Positions 1-9,368 of a stretch of DNA of 64,000 bases are shown in pieces. The number at the start of each line of letters is the position of its first letter. The stretch's first letter is position 1. A program made the position numbers and the translations under genes. The stretch covers positions 19,783 to 83,782 of the forward strand of contig JAWXCN010000098.1 in assembly GCA_034408725.1 (NCBI GenBank), read 5' to 3'. The stretch is from Candidatus Hydrogenedentota bacterium (GTDB lineage: Bacteria > Hydrogenedentota > Hydrogenedentia > Hydrogenedentales > SLHB01). Below the pieces are notes generated by a model. That model did not search any database and was not told the DNA's origin. It saw nothing but the letters and a program-made list of their open reading frames with translations.

Positions 1-1650
1 TCGGTCCAGGAACTCCGGTTGCACGCAACGGGAGAACGCGTCGAGCGCGGCTTTTGACGCCACGTAACCCGAGAATCGCGGTGAATTCGCCAACACTCCC
101 ATTGACGACACATTGATAATGTGCCCCTGCTGCCGCTCGGACATCTGCGGCAGCACCCCCACGATCAAACGGATCGCGGAAAAATAATTCACCTGCATTA
201 GCCGCTCGAAATCGTGAAACCGGTCGTAGGACTGTTTAATTGAACGCCGGATTGACTTGCCTGCATTGTTGACGAGCACATCAATCTGGCCGTGGTCCTT
301 CATGATCAGCTCGAGCGTTTCGTCGCAATGTTTCATCACGCTGAGATCGGCGGGATAGGTAAATGCGCGGCCCCCGTTGGATTTGATCAGTTCTTTCGCT
401 TCGTCCAACAGTTCCCGGCGCCGCGCGACGAGGCACACGATGGCGCCGGCGGCGCCGACCTTTATTGCCGTTGCGCGGCCTATGCCAGAAGATGCGCCGG
501 TGATGACCACGACCTTGTCCCGCACCGCGCCGGCCAGCGAACGGTCGCGATGCAAATCGGGATCAAGATTGCGTTCCCAATAGTCCCAAATGACGGGAGC
601 GTAGGTATCCAGTCGCGGACAGGTAATCCCCGATCCTTCCAGTGCGCGCTGTGTGTCGCGAGAATCAAATCGCGTCGGGTAATTGATGTATTGAAGTGTC
701 TCGCGCGGCAGATGAAGATCGCGTAACACCGAGTCGATAATCCGCTTTACTGGCGGGACCTGGAGGATCATTTCACGCATGCTTTTGGGAATGATGTCGA
801 GCATGCGAGCATCGATACGCATCGCAAACTGCGGCGCCCGCGATGCTTTCGCGAAGACGTTCAAAGCCTCGCCCGAGCGATAGGGTTGCGGATCGGTGAG
901 ATGGAACGTGCGGCCGTTCAATCCCGCCTTGTGCGCAAGGTAGTCGGTCGCTTCCGCCACATAATCGACAGGGACGATGTTGATGCGACCGCCCTCGATG
1001 CCCACCAGCGGCACCCAAGACGGAATAGCATTGCGCACGCGCTGCAAAAATTTGAAGAGGTAATAAGGCCCATCAATTTTGTGGATTTCGCCCGTCTTCG
1101 AATGTCCGACGACAATCCCGGGGCGGTATATGCGAAACGGAATCTTGCATTCAGTGCGCACCACGGCTTCCGCAAACCGTTTGGATTTGAAGTATGGCTG
1201 GTCAAAATTCTCGGCCTCTTCAAACATGTCCTCCTGCCAGTACCCATGAAATAAACCCGCGATTGCGACACTGCTCATGTGATGAAAACATTTCGCTTTC
1301 AGCAACTCCGCGAATTGCACCGCTTCCCGTGTGCCTTCGACATTGATCCGCATCTGCAACACTTCATCGTCGCTCATCATGTCGTAATGCGCGGCAATGT
1401 GAAAAAAATGACGGACCTTGCCCTGCATTTTCTCGATCACGTCTTTGCGCAACCCGAAATGCGGCTTTGTCAGATCCCCCCGAACAGCGACCAGGCGGTC
1501 AGCTTTCAAGCCCAGCTTCCTGCGCAATGCATCCAACTTGTGCTCGGAATCGTGACGAACGAGGGCGTAGATCGTGCCCTTGCGTTTTACAAGCCGTTCG
1601 ACAAGATTTCCGCCGATGAAACCCGTCGCGCCGGTAATGAAGTAACTCAT
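1..1650 (-). CDS. Two-domain SDR oxidoreductase (extended SDR/thioester-reductase + classical SDR), fatty acyl-CoA reductase-like; runs off left edge
   Basis: Read manually because it is absent from the ORF track. ATG at 1650 gives MSYFITGATGFIGGNL; second Rossmann motif VVVITGASSGIG near 480-520; YVASK catalytic motif near 52-66. Confidence 0.85.
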   Translation of the reverse strand, partial: MSYFITGATGFIGGNLVERLVKRKGTIYALVRHDSEHKLDALRRKLGLKADRLVAVRGDLTKPHFGLRKDVIEKMQGKVRHFFHIAAHYDMMSDDEVLQMRINVEGTREAVQFAELLKAKCFHHMSSVAIAGLFHGYWQEDMFEEAENFDQPYFKSKRFAEAVVRTECKIPFRIYRPGIVVGHSKTGEIHKIDGPYYLFKFLQRVRNAIPSWVPLVGIEGGRINIVPVDYVAEATDYLAHKAGLNGRTFHLTDPQPYRSGEALNVFAKASRAPQFAMRIDARMLDIIPKSMREMILQVPPVKRIIDSVLRDLHLPRETLQYINYPTRFDSRDTQRALEGSGITCPRLDTYAPVIWDYWERNLDPDLHRDRSLAGAVRDKVVVITGASSGIGRATAIKVGAAGAIVCLVARRRELLDEAKELIKSNGGRAFTYPADLSVMKHCDETLELIMKDHGQIDVLVNNAGKSIRRSIKQSYDRFHDFERLMQVNYFSAIRLIVGVLPQMSERQQGHIINVSSMGVLANSPRFSGYVASKAALDAFSRCVQPEFLDR

Positions 1651-1784
1651 GAAACACCCCTTCAAAACACAGGATTGATAAGAATGGGACGGACCGCGCC
1701 GCATAGTGTACCCGCCACCGCAACACCCAGACAAACGCCGTTCAGGGCGCGATTCAACCCGTCATTGATTTATCTTGTCCAGAA

Positions 1785-1811
1785 ATGGCGGGTTGGAAAA
1801 CTTGCCCTCCG
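1785..1811. repeat. REP-like element family C (ATGGCGGGTTGGAAAA..GCCCTCC)
   Basis: Near-identical copies at 22942-22968 (reverse) and 29547-29575. Confidence 0.75.
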
Positions 1812-1904
1812 CGGTTACACTGCGGAGAGATATTCAAATCCCGGTTCTGTTTCCATAGGAACCATCAACACAGACGCGAAATTTGCGCGTGTCGAGGCAT
1901 GGCA

Positions 1905-3323
1905 ATGAAACGGCGCACCTTTCTTCAAACGGCAACGCTCGGAGCAGCAGTTACCGCGCTCGGTGAATCCACCGGAAAAAAATCGCCGAATCTCGTGTTT
2001 GTCTTCGCCGACCAATGGCGCGCGCAGGCGACTGGCTACTCAGGGGATACCAATGTGCGTACGCCGCATATTGACCGTCTCGCGAGCGAGAGCATCAACT
2101 GCCGCAACACGGTTTCCGGCTGCCCCGTGTGCTCGCCGTATCGTGGCACATTACTTACAGGGCAGTATCCGCATACCCACGGCGTGTTCGTGAATGACGT
2201 TCCCCTGAGCAATCGCGCCGTTTCGTTCGCCCAGGCGTTGAAAACTACGGGATACGACACCGGCTACATCGGCAAATGGCACGTTGATGGTCATGGCCGC
2301 TCCAATTTCATTCCGCGCGAACGCCAACAGGGCTTTGATTACTGGCGCGTGCTCGAATGCACCCATGATTACAACAAGAGCTATTACTACGCCGACGCGG
2401 ATCCCGAAAAGAGGTTCTGGGAAGGTTACGACGCCATTGCGCAAACTCGCGACGCACAACAGTACATCCGCGATCACGCCAACGCCGAAAAGCCGTTTGC
2501 GCTGTTCTTGTCCTGGGGTCCGCCGCACGATCCCTATGAAAGCGCACCGGAAGAATATCGCGCGCTCTACGATCCAAATGCGCTGAAGCTCCGCGGCAAT
2601 GTCCCCACCGAACACGAAGCATGGGCGCGCCGCATGACCGCGGGCTACTATGCGCATTGCTCTGTGCTGGACAAGTGCACAGGAGACTTGCTGAAAACGC
2701 TCGATGAATGCGGCATCGCCGACGATACCGTATTCGTATTCACATCCGACCACGGCGACATGCTCGGCTCTCAATGGCATACTCATAAACAAAAGCCGTG
2801 GGACGAATCGATCCGCGTGCCGTTCCTGTTGCGCTATCCCCGGGACTTTGGACGTACCGCCCGCATCAGCGACATGATGTTAACTTCGGTTGACCTCATG
2901 CCCACGTTGCTCAGTCTATGCGGCGTGCCGATTCCGGTTACCGTGGAAGGCGCGGACCGATCTGGCGATCTGACGCGCTCCGGAACCGATGACGACGATG
3001 CCGCGCTCCTGTCGTGCTACGTGCCGTTCGGCCAATGGATTCCCGCGCGAGGCGGCCGCGAGTTCCGCGGCATCCGCACGCCGCGCTTCACCTACACACG
3101 CTCGCTTAACGGCCCGTGGCAGCTCTACCACAACGAAAAAGATCCGTTTCAACAACAAAATCTCTGCAACATCCCCGGCCACGAAAAACTGCAACGCAGA
3201 CTAGAAGAAATCCTCGTGCGCAAACTCGACGAAGCGAACGATTCACTACAGCCCGCAAGTCACTATATTTCAAAATGGGGATACAAAACCGACGAAAACG
3301 GCACTGTGGGGTATGCGCCGTAG
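1905..3323 (+). CDS. Sulfatase (formylglycine-dependent) with Tat signal
   Basis: MKRRTFLQ twin-arginine signal, PNLVFVFADQ, CSPYR (CxPxR) motif, GYIGKWH, FTSDHG. Confidence 0.93.
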   Translation: MKRRTFLQTATLGAAVTALGESTGKKSPNLVFVFADQWRAQATGYSGDTNVRTPHIDRLASESINCRNTVSGCPVCSPYRGTLLTGQYPHTHGVFVNDVPLSNRAVSFAQALKTTGYDTGYIGKWHVDGHGRSNFIPRERQQGFDYWRVLECTHDYNKSYYYADADPEKRFWEGYDAIAQTRDAQQYIRDHANAEKPFALFLSWGPPHDPYESAPEEYRALYDPNALKLRGNVPTEHEAWARRMTAGYYAHCSVLDKCTGDLLKTLDECGIADDTVFVFTSDHGDMLGSQWHTHKQKPWDESIRVPFLLRYPRDFGRTARISDMMLTSVDLMPTLLSLCGVPIPVTVEGADRSGDLTRSGTDDDDAALLSCYVPFGQWIPARGGREFRGIRTPRFTYTRSLNGPWQLYHNEKDPFQQQNLCNIPGHEKLQRRLEEILVRKLDEANDSLQPASHYISKWGYKTDENGTVGYAP

Positions 3324-3358
3324 TGCGCCATGGCACGATGCCATGAGACGGAATTTAT

Positions 3359-3556
3359 ATGATATCGGCGAAAGAAGAAATGAAGCGGCTGATTGATGCG
3401 CAACCAGACGATATTTCATACGAAGAGTTGGCTCGTGAAATCATCTTTAGCGCGATGGTGAAAAATGGTTTACGCGATTCCGATTCGCGAAAGACTTACT
3501 CAGAAGAGGAAATGGAGGGACGAATTCAGTCTTGGGCGCGAAAGGACGGAATCTGA
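3359..3556 (+). CDS. Small protein resembling antitoxins that precede RelE/ParE toxins; no toxin follows
   Basis: SAKEEMKRLIDAQPDDISYEE...GLRDSDSRKTYSEEEM..RIQSW pattern; next gene is convergent. Confidence 0.6.
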   Translation: MISAKEEMKRLIDAQPDDISYEELAREIIFSAMVKNGLRDSDSRKTYSEEEMEGRIQSWARKDGI

Positions 3557-3557
3557 T

Positions 3558-4400
3558 TCACTTCGAGAACTCAATCGCCCGGCCTCCCCATCTTGGCGCG
3601 AATTCGTTGGAGCTCAATAACTTTTTCCCCGAACTTGGATCCCAAACCTCGGCTTGGTCATCGGTGACTTGCGCCAGCGTAACGACATGGTTGTCGATTT
3701 CGTCTCCTATGTTCACAAATAGAATCGCGGGCGGATTCAGTCGCATTATGTCATTGTCTGCGGCTTTCGCTTTCGTACACCGAAAGCCCAGCTTCTGCAT
3801 CGCGCGAATGATTTGGCCAGGACTTGTACCGGCTTCCGTGGTACCCAATAGCGTCGCCATTTCGCGTTCTGTAATGGTCACGCCAAGCAATCGCGCCACG
3901 TTTGCGCACGCCGCGGCCCCGCACGTTGCTCCCGAAGTCTGAAGAATGACCCCGTCCGCGGTTTCGCGGTGGATACTCAATTCCGGAGCCGTCGCGAGCG
4001 GACTTGTTCGAAAACGGTGTTCAGTCAGTAAGAGGACGCCAACGCAAAGTAAGGGCAACATCCACCCCAGGGATGGCTTTGACATAATTGCCAGGGTAGA
4101 TAAAGCAGAAAATGCGAACACCATGATTGCAACATTCAGCATCCACAAGGCGGGCGTTGCGTAATACTCGACAAGCAGGGGGAGATACCACGAAAGCGGG
4201 GGGTAATTGCGAATAGAAAGAATGAGGACGTTCGAGAAGAAGAAAACCGTAAACAAAATGACCAACAAACGTACCGTGCGCAATTTCACCGCACCGCGGA
4301 GCGATACTCCGCGTTTTCGCAATGATTGTCCGTGGATAATGCCCGGCGCGATCAATCCCAGTGCAATTAGAATATCGAATGCGATATGCGGCGCGTTCAT
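3558..4400 (-). CDS. Membrane protein with C-terminal C39-family cysteine peptidase domain
   Basis: About 4 hydrophobic segments, then QTSGATCGAA (Q..C), NHVV (His), VWDP (Asp), ending FAPRWGG. Confidence 0.8.
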   Translation of the reverse strand: MNAPHIAFDILIALGLIAPGIIHGQSLRKRGVSLRGAVKLRTVRLLVILFTVFFFSNVLILSIRNYPPLSWYLPLLVEYYATPALWMLNVAIMVFAFSALSTLAIMSKPSLGWMLPLLCVGVLLLTEHRFRTSPLATAPELSIHRETADGVILQTSGATCGAAACANVARLLGVTITEREMATLLGTTEAGTSPGQIIRAMQKLGFRCTKAKAADNDIMRLNPPAILFVNIGDEIDNHVVTLAQVTDDQAEVWDPSSGKKLLSSNEFAPRWGGRAIEFSK

Positions 4401-4409
4401 ATCCGCGAA

Positions 4410-5510
4410 TCAAAAATCGTATTGACCAATATTCTCTTTCGTAAACACAATCGGATCGCCCAGTATCACTTCGTCTCCATTTAATATGCTCCGCTCGCCG
4501 AGACGTCCTGCATTGAATGTGCTTGCGCCCGGCGCGAGGTCGCCCTTCGCGGACGCGACTGCCACCTGCACGGCGAGATACCCAAGGTCCACGGGGTTCC
4601 ACAGCACAAACTTTTTCACGGTACCATCCGCGATGTATTGCTTCATGTCGTTCGGTGTCGTGAGGCCGGTCAAAAACACTTTATCCGCTACGCCTGCCTT
4701 GCGTATGGCCTCCGCCGCGCCGGGTAGCGCAACGGAAGTAATCGCAAAGATACCCTGAAGATCGGGATAGGCTTTCAACGAATCCGCGGTCACCTGTGTC
4801 GCCAATTCCGCCGATTCTTCCGATACCTTTGGCGTCTCAGACAGATTCGTCATGTTCGGATACTTTATCTGACGGTATTTCTCCATCTCCGCCATCCAGA
4901 TATTCTGATTTGCGGCGGTGAGTGAGCCCGTCATAATGATGTACTTCGCTTCCTGTCCCGCGCCTTCGGCCATGACGTCCATCAGCGCCTGCGCAACGCT
5001 TGTGGACGTGCATTGGTTCACAAAAAAATCGCGCGCGCCTTGTTGCGCATCCGCGTCCCACGCGATGACTTTTATCCCACGTTTACGCGCCTTCTCCAAC
5101 ACCGGCGCAATCGCATCGGGATCGTTTGGCGCGACTGCAATAGCATCAAATCCCTTCGCTATCCATGTCTCAATCATCTGCGCCTGAAGCTGCACATCGT
5201 TCTTCGTAGGCCCGTCATACACCACTTCTACGCCCAACTCCGCGCCCGCTTCTTTCGCGCCTTTCTCCGTGGCATTGAAAAATGGGATACCCACGAGCTT
5301 GGGCATGACGCCAATAGTCATTTTTGTATCTGGTGCCGGTGCCGCAGGCAGTGTACGGGTTTCAGTTCCAGTCGACTCAGAAATTACAGTGGATTCCGGC
5401 TGGCTGGGCTGACAACCGACGATTGCGAACGCGACAAATACCGCACTGAACGTTGCGAGTTGTTTCTTGCAATCCAAAATCCAAAATCTAAAATCCAAAT
5501 TCGCCTTCAT
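4410..5510 (-). CDS. Sugar ABC transporter substrate-binding lipoprotein (LsrB/RhaS-like)
   Basis: Start MKANLDF overlaps the permease stop; lipobox AIVGC; MPKLVGIPFF and LWNPVDLGY motifs. Confidence 0.9.
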   Translation of the reverse strand: MKANLDFRFWILDCKKQLATFSAVFVAFAIVGCQPSQPESTVISESTGTETRTLPAAPAPDTKMTIGVMPKLVGIPFFNATEKGAKEAGAELGVEVVYDGPTKNDVQLQAQMIETWIAKGFDAIAVAPNDPDAIAPVLEKARKRGIKVIAWDADAQQGARDFFVNQCTSTSVAQALMDVMAEGAGQEAKYIIMTGSLTAANQNIWMAEMEKYRQIKYPNMTNLSETPKVSEESAELATQVTADSLKAYPDLQGIFAITSVALPGAAEAIRKAGVADKVFLTGLTTPNDMKQYIADGTVKKFVLWNPVDLGYLAVQVAVASAKGDLAPGASTFNAGRLGERSILNGDEVILGDPIVFTKENIGQYDF

Positions 5511-6472
5511 CTCGTTCCCCTTGCGCCGATCCATTCGTTGAACACCGCCGTAACTATCAACAACACGCCCACCAGGATAATGATGAACTGCGAGCGCACG
5601 CCCGCCATTTCCAGCCCGTACCGTAGGATACCGAGGATTATAAGGCCGAGCAAAGTCCCCAACACGGAGCCGCTCCCGCCGCTGATGCGCGTGCCACCGA
5701 CGACCACGCACGCAATTACTTCCAGTTCGAGTCCCTGCGCGGTGTCCGCTTTCGCCGTTGCGTACAGCGCGGTATGAAACATTGCGGCAAGCCCGCAGAC
5801 GGCGCCGCACGCCGTGTAAATGCCAAACGTCAGCCATTGCACATTGATCGCCGCAAATCGCGCTGCAACAGGATTTTCGCCAATGTATTCGGTGAACCGG
5901 CCAACCCATGTGCGCCGCAACAGCAATCCGCCGGCAACCACTATTGCGATCAGCGCGACGACTGGCACCGGCACATATGCGGGCGCGCGCAACGGCAGCG
6001 CAAACAGATCGCCCTGACTGATCCATTCAAACCCATCTGGAAACCCGCCTAACGACGCGCCTTTGGTGAATCCCATCGCCAGCCCTCGGAACAACGCCAT
6101 CGTCGCGAGTGTGACCACGAGCGGAGGGACGCCGATAAAGCTGATAATCGAGCCGTTAAACGCGCCCGCACACGCGCCCGCGGCCACCGCGCCCAAACAC
6201 GCAAGCGCTATAGGCAGGTGCGCATCGTTAAACAGAATCCCAAGGGTGATTCCCGAGAGCGCAACAATCGAAGCCACGGACAGATCGATGCCAGCCGTCG
6301 CGATGATAAACGTCATCGGTACAGCGATCATCCCCGGAACAACCCAATACCGCGCGCGGTTCAGAATGTTGAACCAGTCGAAGAATCCTTCGACGCCGAT
6401 GCTAAATGCGACAAACATCACCACAAGAACGGCGAACAGCGCCATCTCGCGTCGCAAAAGCGAGCGCATCAT
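5507..6472 (-). CDS. Sugar ABC transporter permease (LsrD/RhaQ-like)
   Basis: GIDLSV, PPLVVTLATM, ELEVIACVVVGGTRISGGSG motifs; hydrophobic. Confidence 0.92.
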   Translation of the reverse strand: MMRSLLRREMALFAVLVVMFVAFSIGVEGFFDWFNILNRARYWVVPGMIAVPMTFIIATAGIDLSVASIVALSGITLGILFNDAHLPIALACLGAVAAGACAGAFNGSIISFIGVPPLVVTLATMALFRGLAMGFTKGASLGGFPDGFEWISQGDLFALPLRAPAYVPVPVVALIAIVVAGGLLLRRTWVGRFTEYIGENPVAARFAAINVQWLTFGIYTACGAVCGLAAMFHTALYATAKADTAQGLELEVIACVVVGGTRISGGSGSVLGTLLGLIILGILRYGLEMAGVRSQFIIILVGVLLIVTAVFNEWIGARGTR

Positions 6473-8955
6473 GCCTCCCGCCTTCCGCGCTGCATGACCG
6501 CGTCCACAATAACTGCGCCGAGGATCAGCGCGCCAATGAAGGCGTTTTGCCAATACGAGCTGATCGCCAACAGCGTTAGCGCGTTGTACAACAGCGCCAC
6601 CAGGAACGCCCCAAGCAACGTGCCAACTGCGGAGCCGCGTCCGCCCAGGATATTCGTTCCGCCAATCACGGCTGCCGCGATTGCCTTCAGTTCCATGCCA
6701 TCGCCCGTGTTAGATTGGACTTTGCCGTAATACGCCGCGTGCAACACAGCAACCAGCCCGACGATGACCCCGGAATATGCGAAGACAAACATCGTGAGGC
6801 GTGCCTTGGACAATCCGGCCTGCCGCGCCGCACTCTCGCTGTTTCCAAGCGCAAGCGCGCGGCGTCCCGCCAGCCGGTACCGCAGCACAGCATGGGTAAT
6901 CACCGTCAACACCAAAACGTAGTAACACAGCTTGGGAACGCCGAACAGGTGTCCGTCCGCCAACGCGCGATACCCCTGCGGAAGGTTCACCACTTCACGC
7001 CCGCCCGTTGAAAGGATCATGATGCCGCGATAAATGCTGATGCCCGCAAGAGTGATGATAATCGGATGAATTCGCGCCATCAGTGCGATCCCCGCGTTGA
7101 TCATGCTGCTTGCGCAACCCAACGCGCACGCAAGCAACACGCACAGCCCGGGCGACGCCCCATTCACCGCTGCCATGCCCGCCACCGCGGCGACAAGTCC
7201 CATCATCGCGCCGACGGATATGTCAATGCCGCCCGCGCAAATGATCATCATCGCGCCCTGCGCCATCATTGCCGGCAATGCGGCGTTCGACAGCACATCA
7301 AGCAAGTTCCCCGCATTCGCGAATTCGCTGGGCCGCAACACCGCCATCGCGGCGCAGAGGGCAAGCGTGGTCACAATCAGACCCGACTCGCGCACGTTCA
7401 AAAAGCGCGAGAACTTGTTTAGGCTAACACCTGCCTTTGACTCTGGAGCGGCGCTACGCGGCACCGCCGCGCTCGCGATTGCGTGTTCGCCGTCCACTTT
7501 CGGATCAAATTCCCCGGTAACCTTACCCGCGGACAACGTCACCACGCGATCGCTCATGGCCATGATCTCGGGCAGTTCCGAGCTGATCAACAACACCGCC
7601 GCGCCGCGATTGGCGAGATCATTGATGAGACTGTGAATCTCCGCCTTTGCCCCAACATCCACGCCGCGCGTGGGCTCATCCAGTATCAGAACGCGCGGCG
7701 ACGCAGCCTGCCAGCGCCCGAACACTACTTTCTGCTGGTTGCCGCCGCTCAGCGTGCCGATGGGCAGTTCGATGGACTGCGCGCGCACGCGCATGTCGCG
7801 GACGATGCCGCCGGCCATTGCGCGTTCCGCGCTTTGATTGATCCACGTCATCCTCGACAGGCGCCGAAGAATCCCGGCGCTCGCGTTCGCGCGAAGCGAG
7901 TGACCACGAAATAATCCCTGAACAAGCCTGTCCTCCGGCAAATACGCGATGCCTTTTCGCAACGCGTCTCGCGGCGACGCGATATGTACGTTATTGCCAT
8001 CAAGTGAGATCGTCCCGGCTTCGGCTTTACGCATACCGAACAATGTCTGGCCCAACTCGCTCCGGCCCGCGCCCACAAAGCCGTACAATCCCACGATCTC
8101 GCCCGCCCGCACTGAAAGCGAAACATCACCAAACGCTCCGTGCGCATCCGTCAATCCCGAGACATCCAGTCCGCGGTTGGTATCCGCGGGCTTGGTGCTT
8201 CTCTCTCGCGCGTAGAGCGCGATGGATTCCCGCCCAATCATCGCCGCAACGATGCTATCCATGCTGAGTTCCGCTGCGGGCTGCGTGGTGATTGTCTCGC
8301 CGTCGCGCATCACCGTCACGCGATCGCACAGAGTCAACACTTCGTCCAATCGATGGCTGACGTACACAATACCCACGCCCGCCCCGCGCAACTCGCGGAT
8401 AATCGAAAACAGCCGGTGGATTTCCTTCGCGGTCAGCGAGGCCGTGGGTTCATCGAGAAACAACACCCGCGCATGCTGCGACACCGCCGCCGCTATTTCC
8501 GTCATCATCCGCTGCGCAACGGACAACGCGCTTGCCCGTTGCCGCACGTCATACGATTCGCCCATGCGCGCGATCTTGGCTTCCGCGGCGAGATTGGTTT
8601 TGGTCCAATCGATGAACCCGCCCGGACCACGCACGAGTCCCTGCGCAAGCAGCATGTTCTCGGCGACGCTTAGTTGCGGAAACAGGTCCGCTTCCTGATG
8701 AACAACAGCAATACCCAGCGCGCGCGCATGCCGGGGATTTTCGATAGTGACGGCTTTCCCGTCGATCTCAATGGCACCCAAGTCCGCGCGCAACACGCCC
8801 GTCGCGATATTGATCAGCGTGCTTTTGCCCGCGCCGTTTTCGCCGACCAGCCCGTGTACCTCGCCTGCGCGCACTTCCAGCCGCGCCCCGCGCAACGCGG
8901 GCGCTCCCCCGAAACTTTTATCTATCTCCGCCAGACGGAGCAGAACCTCACCCAT
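6469..8955 (-). CDS. Fused sugar ABC ATPase (two NBDs) + permease
   Basis: GENGAGKST, LDEPT, LSGGNQQKV, then in frame GGIDISVG and ELKAIAAAVIGG permease motifs. Confidence 0.9.
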   Translation of the reverse strand: MGEVLLRLAEIDKSFGGAPALRGARLEVRAGEVHGLVGENGAGKSTLINIATGVLRADLGAIEIDGKAVTIENPRHARALGIAVVHQEADLFPQLSVAENMLLAQGLVRGPGGFIDWTKTNLAAEAKIARMGESYDVRQRASALSVAQRMMTEIAAAVSQHARVLFLDEPTASLTAKEIHRLFSIIRELRGAGVGIVYVSHRLDEVLTLCDRVTVMRDGETITTQPAAELSMDSIVAAMIGRESIALYARERSTKPADTNRGLDVSGLTDAHGAFGDVSLSVRAGEIVGLYGFVGAGRSELGQTLFGMRKAEAGTISLDGNNVHIASPRDALRKGIAYLPEDRLVQGLFRGHSLRANASAGILRRLSRMTWINQSAERAMAGGIVRDMRVRAQSIELPIGTLSGGNQQKVVFGRWQAASPRVLILDEPTRGVDVGAKAEIHSLINDLANRGAAVLLISSELPEIMAMSDRVVTLSAGKVTGEFDPKVDGEHAIASAAVPRSAAPESKAGVSLNKFSRFLNVRESGLIVTTLALCAAMAVLRPSEFANAGNLLDVLSNAALPAMMAQGAMMIICAGGIDISVGAMMGLVAAVAGMAAVNGASPGLCVLLACALGCASSMINAGIALMARIHPIIITLAGISIYRGIMILSTGGREVVNLPQGYRALADGHLFGVPKLCYYVLVLTVITHAVLRYRLAGRRALALGNSESAARQAGLSKARLTMFVFAYSGVIVGLVAVLHAAYYGKVQSNTGDGMELKAIAAAVIGGTNILGGRGSAVGTLLGAFLVALLYNALTLLAISSYWQNAFIGALILGAVIVDAVMQRGRREA

Positions 8956-9072
8956 GGTGAAGGGATGGTAGTGCGCCGCAGAAGTATGATCAACCGAACC
9001 GAAGATCGGCATCGAATTTGGAAATGGGTTTATTCGATATTATGCTGCTGGCGTTCAATTTGGAGTACACCC

Positions 9073-9255
9073 ATGCGCAATTCCTACACAGCAGTAATTC
9101 AACGCAGCGGAGAGTGGTGGATTGGTTGGATTGAAGAGATTTCCGGTGTAAATAGCCAAGGCCATACGCGCGAAGAACTGTTGAAAAATCTACGTTCGGC
9201 GCTGGAAGAGGCAAAGGAAATGAACTTTGTGGAATTATCCACTAGAGGCGATTAA
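9073..9255 (+). CDS. HicB-family antitoxin, orphan and possibly 3'-truncated
   Basis: YTAVIQRSGEWWIGWIEEISGVNSQGHTREELLKNL; GGAG RBS; no hicA adjacent. Confidence 0.8.
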   Translation: MRNSYTAVIQRSGEWWIGWIEEISGVNSQGHTREELLKNLRSALEEAKEMNFVELSTRGD

Positions 9256-9260
9256 GTTTT

Positions 9261-9365
9261 AAGTCCCCTTTTGAAAAGGATTCAAGGGACGTATATTTTC
9301 GACATCACTGCTCAAGTTGAGCGCCGCATTAAGTCCCCCTTTGAAGGGGGATTTAGGAGGATGTT
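9261..9365. repeat. REP-like family B (AAGTCCCCCTTTGAAGGGGGATTTAGGAGGATG); one degenerate and one full copy
   Basis: Full copy 9329-9365; related copies at 30839-30870 and 33747-33783 (reverse). Confidence 0.8.
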
Positions 9366-9368
9366 GCT

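Noticed and set aside
292..1908. Plus-strand ORFs in the track at the window start
   Set aside because: Shadows of the minus-strand SDR gene, which the track omits because it runs off the edge.
5511..6026. N-terminal extension making the binding protein 538 aa
   Set aside because: Overlaps the permease in another frame; the lipoprotein signal supports a start at 5510.
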